Below are positions 19,164-28,983 of a stretch of 61,341 bases of DNA, one piece after another. The notes beneath the pieces are model-generated. The model did not search any database and was not told where the DNA came from. It worked only from the letters and a program-made list of their open reading frames with translations. The position numbers and the translations under genes are program-made. Source of the stretch: Flexilinea sp. (GTDB lineage: Bacteria; Chloroflexota; Anaerolineae; Anaerolineales; Anaerolineaceae); assembly GCA_963643375.1 (NCBI GenBank), contig CAVIKW010000001.1, forward strand, positions 1 to 61,341. The letters are read 5' to 3'. Each line of letters starts with the position of its first letter. The first letter of the stretch is position 1.

Positions 19164-20921
19164 ATGCAAAAGAAATACTGGCCCTATTTTTTCTCGTTTT
19201 ATAAGCCCTACATGGGCTTGTTTTTGACGGACATGCTCTTCGCGACGATTTCCGCGGCGGTCGTGCTGGTGATCCCGCTCATCGTCCGCTACATCACGAA
19301 CGTCGTCATCTACCTCCCCGCGGCTGAGGCGCGGACGAATATTATCCGCCTTGGCATTCTCTGCCTGATTCTGATCGCCATTGAGCTTTACACGGACTGG
19401 TGGACCATCAATTACGGCCACCGCATGGCGGCGCGGATCGAGACCGGGATGCGGGCGGAGCTCTTTCAGCATTATTTGAAGCTCTCCGTCAGCTATTACG
19501 ACGATCATAAGGTCGGCCATCTTCTTTCGCGAATCACGACCGATATTTTTGACATCACCGAGTTCTATCATCACGGCCCGGAGAATCTATTCATCCCGGC
19601 GGTTAAGCTGATCGGCTCTTTTATCATCATGCTCTGCCTCAACTGGCGGCTCGCGTTGATCTCATTCGCCGTTGTGCCTCCCATCACGGTGTATGCCGTT
19701 GCCATGAACAAGAAGATGAAGGAAGTCTTCCTCAATAACCGCCGCAAGCTCGGCGACATCAACGCCCAGATTGAGGACTCGCTCTCCGGCATCCGCGTTG
19801 TGAAGTCCTACGCCAACGAGGAACTGGAGCAGTCGAAGTTTGAGGTCGGCAACCAAGCGTATTATCAAAACAAATGCCGCAACTATTTCGTCATGGCGAA
19901 TTATCAATCCGTCGTGAACAGCTCCACGACCTTCATCAATGTGATCTGTGTGATCGGCGGCGGCCTGCTCATCACCCGCGGCATTGTCTCGATCTCGGAC
20001 CTCGTCACCTTCCTGCTTTACATCGGCAACGTCACGGAGCCGATCAAGAAGCTCGTCAACTTCACGGAGGAGATGCAGAACGGCATGGCGGGCTTCGAAC
20101 GCTTCCGCGAGATCATGCTGATCGAGCCGGATATTGAGGACAGCCCGAACGCCGTTGATGCCGGGCGCTTCGCGGGGGAGATTGATTTCAATGACGTCTC
20201 CTTCCACTACAACGGGACGCATCAGGATGTCCTGTCGCACGCCGGCCTCCACATCGGGAAGGGCGAATACGTTGCCTTAATCGGGCCGTCCGGTGCCGGG
20301 AAGACCACAATCTGCAGCCTGATCCCGCGTTTCTATGAAGTGGATTCCGGCGTCATCTCCATTGACGGACGTGACATCCGCGATTACACCCAGCGCAGCC
20401 TGCGCCGCAACATCGGCATCGTGCAGCAGGATACCTATCTCTTCGGCTGCAATGTCATCGAGAACATCCGCTACGGCAGACCGGACGCGACCGATGACGA
20501 GGTCATTGAGGCGGCAAAGAAGGCCAACGCCCACGACTTCATTATGGAACTGCCGAACGGCTACCAAACCGATATCGGTCAGAACGGCGTGAAACTCTCC
20601 GGCGGGCAGAAGCAGCGCATCTCAATCGCCCGAGCCTTCCTGATGGACCCGCCGATCCTGATCTTCGACGAAGCGACTTCTTCGCTGGATAACCACAGCG
20701 AGAAGATCGTGCAGCAGTCCCTCGAGAACCTGGCGGAGAACCGCACGACGCTGGTCATTGCCCACCGGCTGTCGACCATCCGCCGCGCCGAGCGGATCCT
20801 CGTCCTGACCGAAGACGGCATCACCGAGGAAGGCACGCACGAGGAGCTGCTCTCGAAGAACGGCGTCTACGCCTCTCTGTATCGGCTGCAGTTCCCGGAG
20901 ACAGTTGCGGCGAACGAATAA
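19164..20921 (+). CDS. ABC exporter, fused permease/ATPase (MsbA/multidrug-like)
   Basis: N-terminal TM domain, Walker A GPSGAGKT, LSGGQKQR, DEATSSLD and IAHRLST. Confidence 0.92.
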   Translation: MQKKYWPYFFSFYKPYMGLFLTDMLFATISAAVVLVIPLIVRYITNVVIYLPAAEARTNIIRLGILCLILIAIELYTDWWTINYGHRMAARIETGMRAELFQHYLKLSVSYYDDHKVGHLLSRITTDIFDITEFYHHGPENLFIPAVKLIGSFIIMLCLNWRLALISFAVVPPITVYAVAMNKKMKEVFLNNRRKLGDINAQIEDSLSGIRVVKSYANEELEQSKFEVGNQAYYQNKCRNYFVMANYQSVVNSSTTFINVICVIGGGLLITRGIVSISDLVTFLLYIGNVTEPIKKLVNFTEEMQNGMAGFERFREIMLIEPDIEDSPNAVDAGRFAGEIDFNDVSFHYNGTHQDVLSHAGLHIGKGEYVALIGPSGAGKTTICSLIPRFYEVDSGVISIDGRDIRDYTQRSLRRNIGIVQQDTYLFGCNVIENIRYGRPDATDDEVIEAAKKANAHDFIMELPNGYQTDIGQNGVKLSGGQKQRISIARAFLMDPPILIFDEATSSLDNHSEKIVQQSLENLAENRTTLVIAHRLSTIRRAERILVLTEDGITEEGTHEELLSKNGVYASLYRLQFPETVAANE

Positions 20922-21069
20922 TTTCGCGAAGTTATCGGCAGGAGAAAATGACATATCTCCTGCCGCTTTTTGTGATATACTTGGCTTATCCATGACTGTA
21001 TTGGTTCAGGAATATTTTTGGGCGAAGAGATTCCCGAGCTAATAAACCAACAGCCAAATATGAGGTTAC

Positions 21070-21798
21070 ATGAATCCCAGTCCCGTATATGAATTGCCGG
21101 AGCATTTTGCTCAACGCAACGGCTTGAAATTCAATGACTATATGCTGTTGTCCCGTGCTTTGACGCACAGCTCTTTTCTGAACGAGCACCCCGACGCGAT
21201 TGAAGATAACGAACGCCTTGAGTTCCTGGGCGACGCCGTGCTTGATTTTATGATCGGCGCCTGGCTCTATAACCGCTACCCGGAAATGAAAGAAGGGCAG
21301 CTCTCCAAATATCGTTCTTCGCTGGTGCAGACCACCACGCTCGCGGAGTTCGCTCGCCGGATTGACATCGGTCAGGCGCTGCGCCTCGGCCGCGGTGAAT
21401 ACCTCGCGAGCGGCAAGTCCAAGACCGCGCTGCTCTGCGACGCCTTTGAGGCGCTGGTCGGCTCGATCTATCTCGATCAGGGACTGGAAGCCGTCCGCGC
21501 GTTCGTGATGCCCTTCATGGAAGGCGCGATTGATGACATCATCGCCAACCATAAGGATGATGACGCCAAGAGCCGCCTTCAGGAGATCCTCCAGGCGAAG
21601 AACCTCCCCGTCCCGAGCTATGATGTTGTCCGCGAAATCGGCCCCGACCATTCGAAAATTTACGAGATCGAAGTCTGCGTCGGCGATAACCGCCTGGGTA
21701 TCGGGCAGGGCAGCAGCAAGCAGAAGGCAGCCAAGGAAGCCGCCCGCAACGCGTTGATCGAACTCGGTTACGACAGCAACGGACAGGCGGCAGGATAG
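21070..21798 (+). CDS. rnc: Ribonuclease III
   Basis: ALTHSS, ERLEFLGDAVL and DAFEA motifs, and a C-terminal dsRBD (AKSRLQE, GPDH, GSSKQKA). Confidence 0.96.
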   Translation: MNPSPVYELPEHFAQRNGLKFNDYMLLSRALTHSSFLNEHPDAIEDNERLEFLGDAVLDFMIGAWLYNRYPEMKEGQLSKYRSSLVQTTTLAEFARRIDIGQALRLGRGEYLASGKSKTALLCDAFEALVGSIYLDQGLEAVRAFVMPFMEGAIDDIIANHKDDDAKSRLQEILQAKNLPVPSYDVVREIGPDHSKIYEIEVCVGDNRLGIGQGSSKQKAAKEAARNALIELGYDSNGQAAG

Positions 21799-21805
21799 CA
21801 GCTCG

Positions 21806-24800
21806 ATGCCTCCCCGAATGAAATCCATAGAGATGCAGGGATATAAGACCTTCGCGAACAAGGTCTTATTTGAGTTTCCCATGCCGATCACCGCAATCGT
21901 CGGCCCGAACGGCTCGGGGAAGTCGAACATCTCGGACGCCATCCGCTGGGTTTTGGGGGAGCAGTCTTATTCCGTCCTGCGCGGCCACCGTACGACGGAC
22001 ATGATCTTCTCCGGCTCGGAGAAGAAAGCCCGCGCGGGGATGGCCTCCGTCACCATTACTTTTGACAATTCCGAACATTGGCTCCCCATCGACTATGAGG
22101 AAGTCGCGGTCACCCGCCGCGCCTACCGCGATGGGCAGAATGAATACCTGCTGAACGGCCAGCGTGTCCGCCTGAAGGACATCAACGAACTGCTGGCGCA
22201 GTCCGGCCTCTCCGAACGCACGTATACCATCATCGGCCAGGGTTTGATCGACACGGCGCTCTCCGCCAGTCCGGAAGACCGCCGCCGCTTCTTTGAGGAA
22301 GCCGCGGGCATCGGCCTCTTCCGCTCCCGCCGCGAGGAATCCCTGAACCGTCTCACCGAGACGCAGAAGAATCTCGTCCGCATCACGGATATCCTCTCCG
22401 AGCTGGAGCCCCGCGTCCGCAGTCTGGAACGCCAGGCGAAGCGCGCCGAGGAATATAACAACGTCTCCAACGAACTGAAATCCCTGCTGCGGGATTGGTA
22501 CGGCTACCATTGGCATCACGACCAGCGCGACATGGCGCTGGTGAAAGAACGCTGCGCCATTCAGGAACGCAAGACGAACGAGATCCGCGCCGAGTTCGCC
22601 GATCTGGATAAATCCCTGCGTTCGAAGCAGGATCAGATCCGCGACATGCGCCTGACGATTTCCGAAATGCACAAACGCGCCGCGGAGGCGCACAGCCGCA
22701 TTGAAGAACTGACGCGGCGCGGGGCGATCCTTGATGAACGCCGCAACGCCGCCTCCGCGCAGATTCAGTCCGCGCGGGAGGAATCGGCTTCGCTGGATGA
22801 GGAGCTGCAGCTGATTGATGAACGGCGCGGCGAGCTCAATTCCTCGCTGGACTCCCTGAAGTCCGAAGCGGAGGACGCGGCCGCCCGCAAGGCCGAATAT
22901 CAAGCCGAATTGAACCGCCTGCAGAAGGAGCTTTCCGCGCTCAAGGAAGAGCTCCGCGGCAAGCGCGACGCCCAGACCAAGGCGGAAACGCAGTTGATCC
23001 GCCTGAAATCCCGCGCGGATGACCTCCGTGACCGCACGGAATCCGTCGAGAAGACATTGCCGGAGCTGCGTTCCAAGCTGGAACGGCTGGAACAGTCCCA
23101 ACGGAATTTTCAGGCGGAGAATCAGATTTTTTACGACACACAGAAGCAGAACGAGGAGAAGCTCGCCGCCGCGGTTTCAGAGATCGCGGGCATTGAGGAT
23201 GAGCTCACCCGCAAGGACGCGCTGCTGCGCGAGCTGCGTCAGGTCAAGAACGGACTCGACGCGGAGCTCTCCAAAGTCGCTGCCCGCCTTGACGTGCTCA
23301 ATGACGCGGAGAAGAACTTCAGCGGCATGAACCAAGGAGCCCGCTTCGTGGCGCAGTCCGCGAAGAACGGCAAGATCAAACGCGGCGTCCGCGTGCTGCA
23401 AAGCCTGCTGATCGTCCCGAAGGAATACGAGACCGCCGCGGCGGCCGCGCTCGGCGATGAGCTTGACGCGGTGCTGCTGGACACTTCCGAATGGGATAAC
23501 GCCATGGACCTGCTGGCCGCCTCTCAAAGCGGGCGGGCGGTATTCCTGCCTGACAGCGCGGATGCGCCGGCCGCGGATGACGCGTCGGAGCTTCCCGGCG
23601 TGACGCCCTTGATGGACGTGATCCAATGCCCCGACGACATCCGCCCGGTGACGGAGCGTCTGCTCCGCGGCACCTATCTCGCGGAGTCGCGCGGCCGCGC
23701 CCTGGAACTTCGCGCCAAGCTGCGCCCCGATCAGCGCATTGTCACCCCTTCCGGCGACCTCTTCCGCGGGGACGGCTCGGCCGTTTCCGGCAGTGAGGGA
23801 CGGCAGAAGCTGCTCTCCCGCACGAGAGAGATCCGCGAGATGAATGAATCCATGACCGCCCTGCGTGAACAGCAGACCGCCTCCGCAAATGACATCACCG
23901 CCGCGGAGAAGGAGCTCGCGAACCTGCGCGGCCGTCAAAAGGAAAAGACTGCCGACCGCGCGAAGCTTCAGACCGCGGTGAACGAGATGCAGAAGAAGCT
24001 CAATCAGCTCGCCATCGAGAAAGAGAAGCTGGCGCAGTCCGTCAACTTCCAGAAACAGCGTGTGCAGGACGCCTCCGTTCAGCTTGAACAGTATAAAAAG
24101 CAGTCCGACGAGGCCGCGGGACAGATCGCCGCGGCGGAAGCGGACCGGGATAAATTCCGCGCGGAATGCCGCGAGGTTCAAGACCGCGTCAACCGTGTGC
24201 AGCTGACGGACCTGCAGGACCAGGTCCAGCATTGGAATGTGAGCTGCGCGGTGCTGGCGAAGTCCATCTCCGAGACGGAGACCCGTCTGCGTGAGAATGA
24301 TGACGAACGGCTGAAGAACGAGAAGAAACAGAAGCAGCTCGAGGACCGCGTTTATGCCGCGGAGAAATCCGTGACCGAGATGGATGAAGAGCTCGCCGAG
24401 ATTCGCGATGAAGGCGCGGAAGCCGCTCAGGCCGCCGCGGACATTGCCGGCGAGACCGCTCCCGCCGAAGCCGCGTTGAAGAACGCCGAGGAAAAGCTCC
24501 GCCTCGCGCAGGAGAACTCCCGCAGCTATCAGCAGCGCGTCGTCTCCGCGGAACGAATGCTGGCGCAGGCGCAGCTTGAAGTCACCCGTCAGGATGACCG
24601 CTTGGAATCCCTGAAGAAGCGCATTGAGGATGACCTCGGCTTGGTCAACTTCATGTACGATGAGAACGTGATCGGGCAGAACACATTGCCGCTGGGCACG
24701 ATGGCAGCGGACCTGCCGCAGATTGAAATCCTTTCCGAAGACTTGGAAGAGCAGATTCAGCGCCGGAAAAACCACCTGCGCCGCCTCGGCTCCGTCAATA

Positions 24801-25402
24801 CCGAAGCGCTGACAGAATATAAGGACGCGGTGGAGCGATACGAGTACCTGACCGCGCAGATGGACGACCTGAAGAAGGCCGACGCCGATCTGCGTCAGGT
24901 CATTGCCGAGCTGGACCGCATGATGGAGACCGCCTTCCTCAAGACCTTCGACCGTGTGCAGGAAGAGTTCAAGCAGATGTTTGTCCGTCTCTTCGGCGGC
25001 GGCAGCGCCCGCCTGGCCTTGACCGATCCCGAAGACGTCAACGCCTCCGGGATTGAAATCGCCGCCAAGCTCCCCGGCCACCGCGAACAGGAGCTGTCGC
25101 TGCTCTCCGGCGGTGAACGTTCGCTGACCTCGGTGGCGTTGATCTTCGCCCTGCTGCGCGTCAGCCCGACGCCCTTCTGCGTCATGGATGAAGTGGATGC
25201 CGCCCTGGATGAGGCGAACGTCGGCCGATTCTGCGAGCTGCTCAAAGAGCTCTCCGCCGGCACGCAGTTCCTCGTCATCACGCACAACCGCAACACCGTC
25301 GAGGCTTCGAACGTGATCTACGGCATTACCATGTCAAGCGACTCCACGAGCAAGGCGGTATCCCTGCGGCTGGATGAGATACGGAAGGATTATTTGAGGT
25401 AA
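21806..25402 (+). CDS. smc: Chromosome segregation protein SMC
   Basis: GPNGSGKSN, long coiled coils around a hinge, LSGGERSL, MDEVDAALDEAN and ITH. Confidence 0.97.
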   Translation: MPPRMKSIEMQGYKTFANKVLFEFPMPITAIVGPNGSGKSNISDAIRWVLGEQSYSVLRGHRTTDMIFSGSEKKARAGMASVTITFDNSEHWLPIDYEEVAVTRRAYRDGQNEYLLNGQRVRLKDINELLAQSGLSERTYTIIGQGLIDTALSASPEDRRRFFEEAAGIGLFRSRREESLNRLTETQKNLVRITDILSELEPRVRSLERQAKRAEEYNNVSNELKSLLRDWYGYHWHHDQRDMALVKERCAIQERKTNEIRAEFADLDKSLRSKQDQIRDMRLTISEMHKRAAEAHSRIEELTRRGAILDERRNAASAQIQSAREESASLDEELQLIDERRGELNSSLDSLKSEAEDAAARKAEYQAELNRLQKELSALKEELRGKRDAQTKAETQLIRLKSRADDLRDRTESVEKTLPELRSKLERLEQSQRNFQAENQIFYDTQKQNEEKLAAAVSEIAGIEDELTRKDALLRELRQVKNGLDAELSKVAARLDVLNDAEKNFSGMNQGARFVAQSAKNGKIKRGVRVLQSLLIVPKEYETAAAAALGDELDAVLLDTSEWDNAMDLLAASQSGRAVFLPDSADAPAADDASELPGVTPLMDVIQCPDDIRPVTERLLRGTYLAESRGRALELRAKLRPDQRIVTPSGDLFRGDGSAVSGSEGRQKLLSRTREIREMNESMTALREQQTASANDITAAEKELANLRGRQKEKTADRAKLQTAVNEMQKKLNQLAIEKEKLAQSVNFQKQRVQDASVQLEQYKKQSDEAAGQIAAAEADRDKFRAECREVQDRVNRVQLTDLQDQVQHWNVSCAVLAKSISETETRLRENDDERLKNEKKQKQLEDRVYAAEKSVTEMDEELAEIRDEGAEAAQAAADIAGETAPAEAALKNAEEKLRLAQENSRSYQQRVVSAERMLAQAQLEVTRQDDRLESLKKRIEDDLGLVNFMYDENVIGQNTLPLGTMAADLPQIEILSEDLEEQIQRRKNHLRRLGSVNTEALTEYKDAVERYEYLTAQMDDLKKADADLRQVIAELDRMMETAFLKTFDRVQEEFKQMFVRLFGGGSARLALTDPEDVNASGIEIAAKLPGHREQELSLLSGGERSLTSVALIFALLRVSPTPFCVMDEVDAALDEANVGRFCELLKELSAGTQFLVITHNRNTVEASNVIYGITMSSDSTSKAVSLRLDEIRKDYLR

Positions 25403-25431
25403 GTCAGCAGTCAATAGTCAATAGTCAATAG
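25402..25431 (+). repeat. Heptamer tandem repeat (AGTCAAT)x3 plus one degenerate copy
   Basis: agtcagc agtcaat agtcaat agtcaat ag immediately after the smc stop. Confidence 0.8.
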
Positions 25432-25432
25432 G

Positions 25433-25465
25433 CACGGCGCGGGATTTTTCCCCGCGCCGTGTTTT
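25433..25465 (+). terminator. Intrinsic terminator after smc
   Basis: cacggcgcggg/cccgcgccgtg followed by tttt. Confidence 0.75.
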
Positions 25466-25609
25466 GTGGGCTGCTGCCCTGCTTCCCATTATAAAAAATC
25501 TGAATTGCTTTTCTGCTCATTGCTATAGTAAATAAATTGCTTGAAAATATTGAAATTTTGCCCCGAAATGCTGTAAAATATATATAGGAATTATCTCGGA
25601 GGAGATGTC

Positions 25610-26707
25610 ATGAAAAAGGTAATGACAGTTTTCGGAACCAGACCCGAGGCGATTAAGATGTGCCCGCTGGTGAACGAGCTCAAATCAAGGAAAGGGCTTG
25701 AAACCGTCGTCTGCGTGACAGGGCAGCATCGCGAAATGCTTGATCAGGTCATGGAAGCCTTCGGAGTTCATGCCGATTACGATCTCGCTGTCATGCGTCC
25801 CGAACAGACCCTTTTCGACATCACGACCCGCATTCTGGAAGGCATCAAGCCCGTCCTCGAAAAGGAACAGCCGGATGTCGTCCTGGTTCACGGCGACACC
25901 TCGACCGCGTTCGCCGCGGCGCTCTCCGCTTTTTATCTGCGGATCCCTGTCGGCCATGTTGAAGCCGGCCTCCGCACGCGGAACATTTACTCCCCCTACC
26001 CGGAGGAGTTCAACCGCCAGGCGGTTTCCATCCTCGCGAAGTACAACTTCGCCCCGACGGAGCTGACCGCCGACAATTTGCGGAAAGAGGGCCGCGACCC
26101 TTCGACGATCTACGTCACCGGGAACACGGTCATCGACGCCATGCGCCACACGGTGCGGGAGGATTACACCCATCCGGAATTGGAGTGGGTCGGGAACAAT
26201 CGGCTGATCTTCATCACCGCGCACCGGCGGGAGAACTTCGGCGAGCCGATGCATCACATGTTCCGAGCCATCCGCAGAGTTCTCGAAGAGCATCCGGACT
26301 GCCGGGCGGTCTATCCGGTTCACATGAACCCGATCGTCCGCAAGGCCGCAGAGGAAGAGCTCGCCGGCTGCGATCAGATTCATCTGATTGACCCGATCGG
26401 CGTGTTCGACTGTCACAATTTTGAAGCGCGGTGCTGCCTGTGCCTGACCGACTCCGGCGGCATTCAGGAAGAATGCCCGGCATACGGCAAACCCGTTCTC
26501 GTGATGCGGGACACGACCGAACGTCCCGAAGGCGTTTCCGCCGGGACACTGAAGCTCGTGGGAACGAACGAGGAGACAATCTACCGCAGCTTCACGGAGC
26601 TTCTGGACAATCCGGAGGCCTACGCAAAAATGGCACATGCCGCGAATCCGTACGGCGACGGACATGCCTGCGAACGGATCGCGGATATTTTAGAGAAGAC
26701 GCTGTAA
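25610..26707 (+). CDS. wecB: UDP-N-acetylglucosamine 2-epimerase (non-hydrolysing)
   Basis: FGTRPEAIKM, TGQHREML, VHGDT, HVEAGLR, TAHRREN, TDSGGIQEE and NPYGDG motifs. Confidence 0.96.
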   Translation: MKKVMTVFGTRPEAIKMCPLVNELKSRKGLETVVCVTGQHREMLDQVMEAFGVHADYDLAVMRPEQTLFDITTRILEGIKPVLEKEQPDVVLVHGDTSTAFAAALSAFYLRIPVGHVEAGLRTRNIYSPYPEEFNRQAVSILAKYNFAPTELTADNLRKEGRDPSTIYVTGNTVIDAMRHTVREDYTHPELEWVGNNRLIFITAHRRENFGEPMHHMFRAIRRVLEEHPDCRAVYPVHMNPIVRKAAEEELAGCDQIHLIDPIGVFDCHNFEARCCLCLTDSGGIQEECPAYGKPVLVMRDTTERPEGVSAGTLKLVGTNEETIYRSFTELLDNPEAYAKMAHAANPYGDGHACERIADILEKTL

Positions 26708-26782
26708 AGCGGTGCGTTTCATATTCAACCTCGGCAGAATGCTTACGCCGATGAATGACGGTCAGTAAAATGAGGTGACAAA

Positions 26783-27004
26783 ATGTTTGACGCGATAAAA
26801 AAGAAGATATTGGAAGGTAAATTTAAGAAGCAGATTCTCGAACTTGAGTCACGTATGTCCAGATCGCAGGCGGCATTGATCAAAGCCGCGCTTCAGAATG
26901 ACGAACCCGATCCGGAAGATGTAAAATATCACGAAAAATACATGAAGCAGATCGCCGAGCTGCGCGCGAAGATCCGCGAGCTTGAGAAGAGTATGAAAAA
27001 GTAA
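26783..27004 (+). CDS. Small basic helical hypothetical protein
   Basis: 73 aa, coiled-coil-like, with a strong SD (gaggtga) and a downstream hairpin. Confidence 0.65.
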   Translation: MFDAIKKKILEGKFKKQILELESRMSRSQAALIKAALQNDEPDPEDVKYHEKYMKQIAELRAKIRELEKSMKK

Positions 27005-27292
27005 GCCGGCAGCCGCGATCCCGAAACGCGGGTAAGCGCTCCCGATGAAAGCAGGAAGACGATCTGCTTTCGTATCGGAAGGTTGATCCGCGAAGAATAT
27101 GACAATAACCGTCTCTTTGGTGAAGTCCCCGAAGAGACGGTTTCGTTTTAAACCGGTGCCTTCATCGGAAGTTTTGTGACAAACGGCGCGGTTTCGGCTG
27201 ACGGACTGATTTGAAGATAAACACGCAGAACCGCGATATTTCGTGTAAATATTACATCAAAATCGTGTAAAGGTGAAGAATGTCATATTTCA

Positions 27293-27321
27293 TTGCGCGA
27301 TTTTCACTTCCTGCTTATAAT
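27293..27321 (+). promoter_or_regulatory. Sigma70-type promoter for the BMP/nucleoside ABC operon
   Basis: TTGCGC-17 nt-TATAAT. Confidence 0.55.
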
Positions 27322-27606
27322 GTCGTGAATTGTTCAGACAAGAATCCGCTCGTCAAAAGCCGAACACAAAACAGCACCCCGCGAAAGCCCGGGAGCGCCG
27401 TACTTGAGCCGTTGCTCGTCATATTAAAGAGTACTTATTAAAAGAATATGATATTTGTCTGATTACCATATGACCGACAATTATCAGTTTTCGAGTAAAT
27501 TTAATAGTACGAATGGTTGTCGGTCAATTGAATTGATCGGAACCTTGTCCAACAGTGACAAAGGCATGCCGTGGGTATGCCGAATAGATTTATAAGGAGA
27601 ATCAAG

Positions 27607-28794
27607 ATGAAAAAATTAATGTCGTTGTTTCTTGTCCTCGTGGTGCTGCTGACCGCCATCAGCGCCGTCTCCGCCGATGATCTCAAAGTCGGTGTCATCC
27701 TCGTCCATGATGAGAACTCCGGTTACGACCAGGCTCATATCGAAGGTGTCCAGGGCGCTTTCGAAGCTCTCGGCCTTTCCACCGATAACCTGATCTTCAA
27801 ATACAACATTCCTGAAACCGAGGAATGCTACGACGCCGCTGTCGACCTTGCCGAGCAGGGCTGCGGCCTCATCATCTCCGACTCCTACGGCCATCAGGCT
27901 TACATGGAACAGGCTGCCTCCGAATATCCGGAAGTCCAGTTCGTTGCCAGCACCGGCGATACCGCTTGGAAGTCCGGCCTCGACAACTTCTCCAACATGT
28001 TCCCGCACACCTATGAATCCCGCTACATCTCCGGTGTTGTTGCCGGTCTGAAGCTGAAGGAACTGCTGGATGCCGGTACCGTTACCGATCCGTATGTCGG
28101 TTATGTCGGCGCCTACCCGTACGCTGAAGTTGTTTCCGGTTACACCGGCTTCTTCCTCGGTATCCGCTCCATCGTCCCGGATGCCCACATGGATGTCCAG
28201 TACACCAACTCCTGGTATGATCCGATTGCTGAAGCTGAAGCTGCCAACGCTCTCATGGCCCGCGGCTGCGTCATCATCGGCCAGCATGCTGACTCCACCG
28301 GCGCTCCGTCCGCCATCCAGGCTGTCAAGGACCAGGGTGCCGTTGTCTACTCCGTCGGTTACAACATCGATATGCGCTCTGTTGCCCCGACCGCTGCTCT
28401 GACCTCCGCTCAGAACGTTTGGGCCGCTCTCTACACCCCGATGATCGAACTCGCTGTCAAGGGTGAAGACCTCCCGACCGACTACTCCGTCGGTTACGCT
28501 CACGATGGTGTGAAGATCTCCGACCTCGGCGCTGAAGTTGCCGCCGGTACTGCCGAAGCTGTTGAAGCCGCTATCGCCGGCATCAAGGACGGCACCCTGA
28601 ACATCTTCGATACCGCCAACTTCACTGTCAACGGTGAAACCCAAACCTCTGCCTTCGCTCTGGATACCGACGGCGACTGGACCCCTGATTCCGAAGAAGT
28701 CATCATCGACGGTGTCTTCCATGAATCCGAAGTCATCTCTGCTCCGTATTTCAGCCTCCGCATCGACGGCATCACCGAACTGACCAACGAGTAA
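27607..28794 (+). CDS. BMP-family ABC substrate-binding protein (nucleoside/purine)
   Basis: Signal peptide, GYDQAH, SWYDP..E, QHADS and SVGYN motifs. SD aaggag; strongly biased codon use. Confidence 0.88.
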   Translation: MKKLMSLFLVLVVLLTAISAVSADDLKVGVILVHDENSGYDQAHIEGVQGAFEALGLSTDNLIFKYNIPETEECYDAAVDLAEQGCGLIISDSYGHQAYMEQAASEYPEVQFVASTGDTAWKSGLDNFSNMFPHTYESRYISGVVAGLKLKELLDAGTVTDPYVGYVGAYPYAEVVSGYTGFFLGIRSIVPDAHMDVQYTNSWYDPIAEAEAANALMARGCVIIGQHADSTGAPSAIQAVKDQGAVVYSVGYNIDMRSVAPTAALTSAQNVWAALYTPMIELAVKGEDLPTDYSVGYAHDGVKISDLGAEVAAGTAEAVEAAIAGIKDGTLNIFDTANFTVNGETQTSAFALDTDGDWTPDSEEVIIDGVFHESEVISAPYFSLRIDGITELTNE

Positions 28795-28808
28795 TCTGAA
28801 CTAACATA

Positions 28809-28840
28809 AATGTTCGGGGAGTAATCCTCCCCGAACATTT
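28809..28840 (+). terminator. Stem-loop between the SBP and ATPase genes (terminator or mRNA stabiliser)
   Basis: aaatgttcggggag/ctccccgaacattt. Confidence 0.65.
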
Positions 28841-28983
28841 CTATCTGAAAATAAATTTGTCGGACAATGATGAAGCGCGTTTTCGACAACGCGGCCCTCG
28901 TAAGAGGAAGTACCTTCTGTATTCCGACTTCCGTGACGGCTGCGGAAAACATTATGCGTTTCAATTAGGGAAAGGATGCTCCC

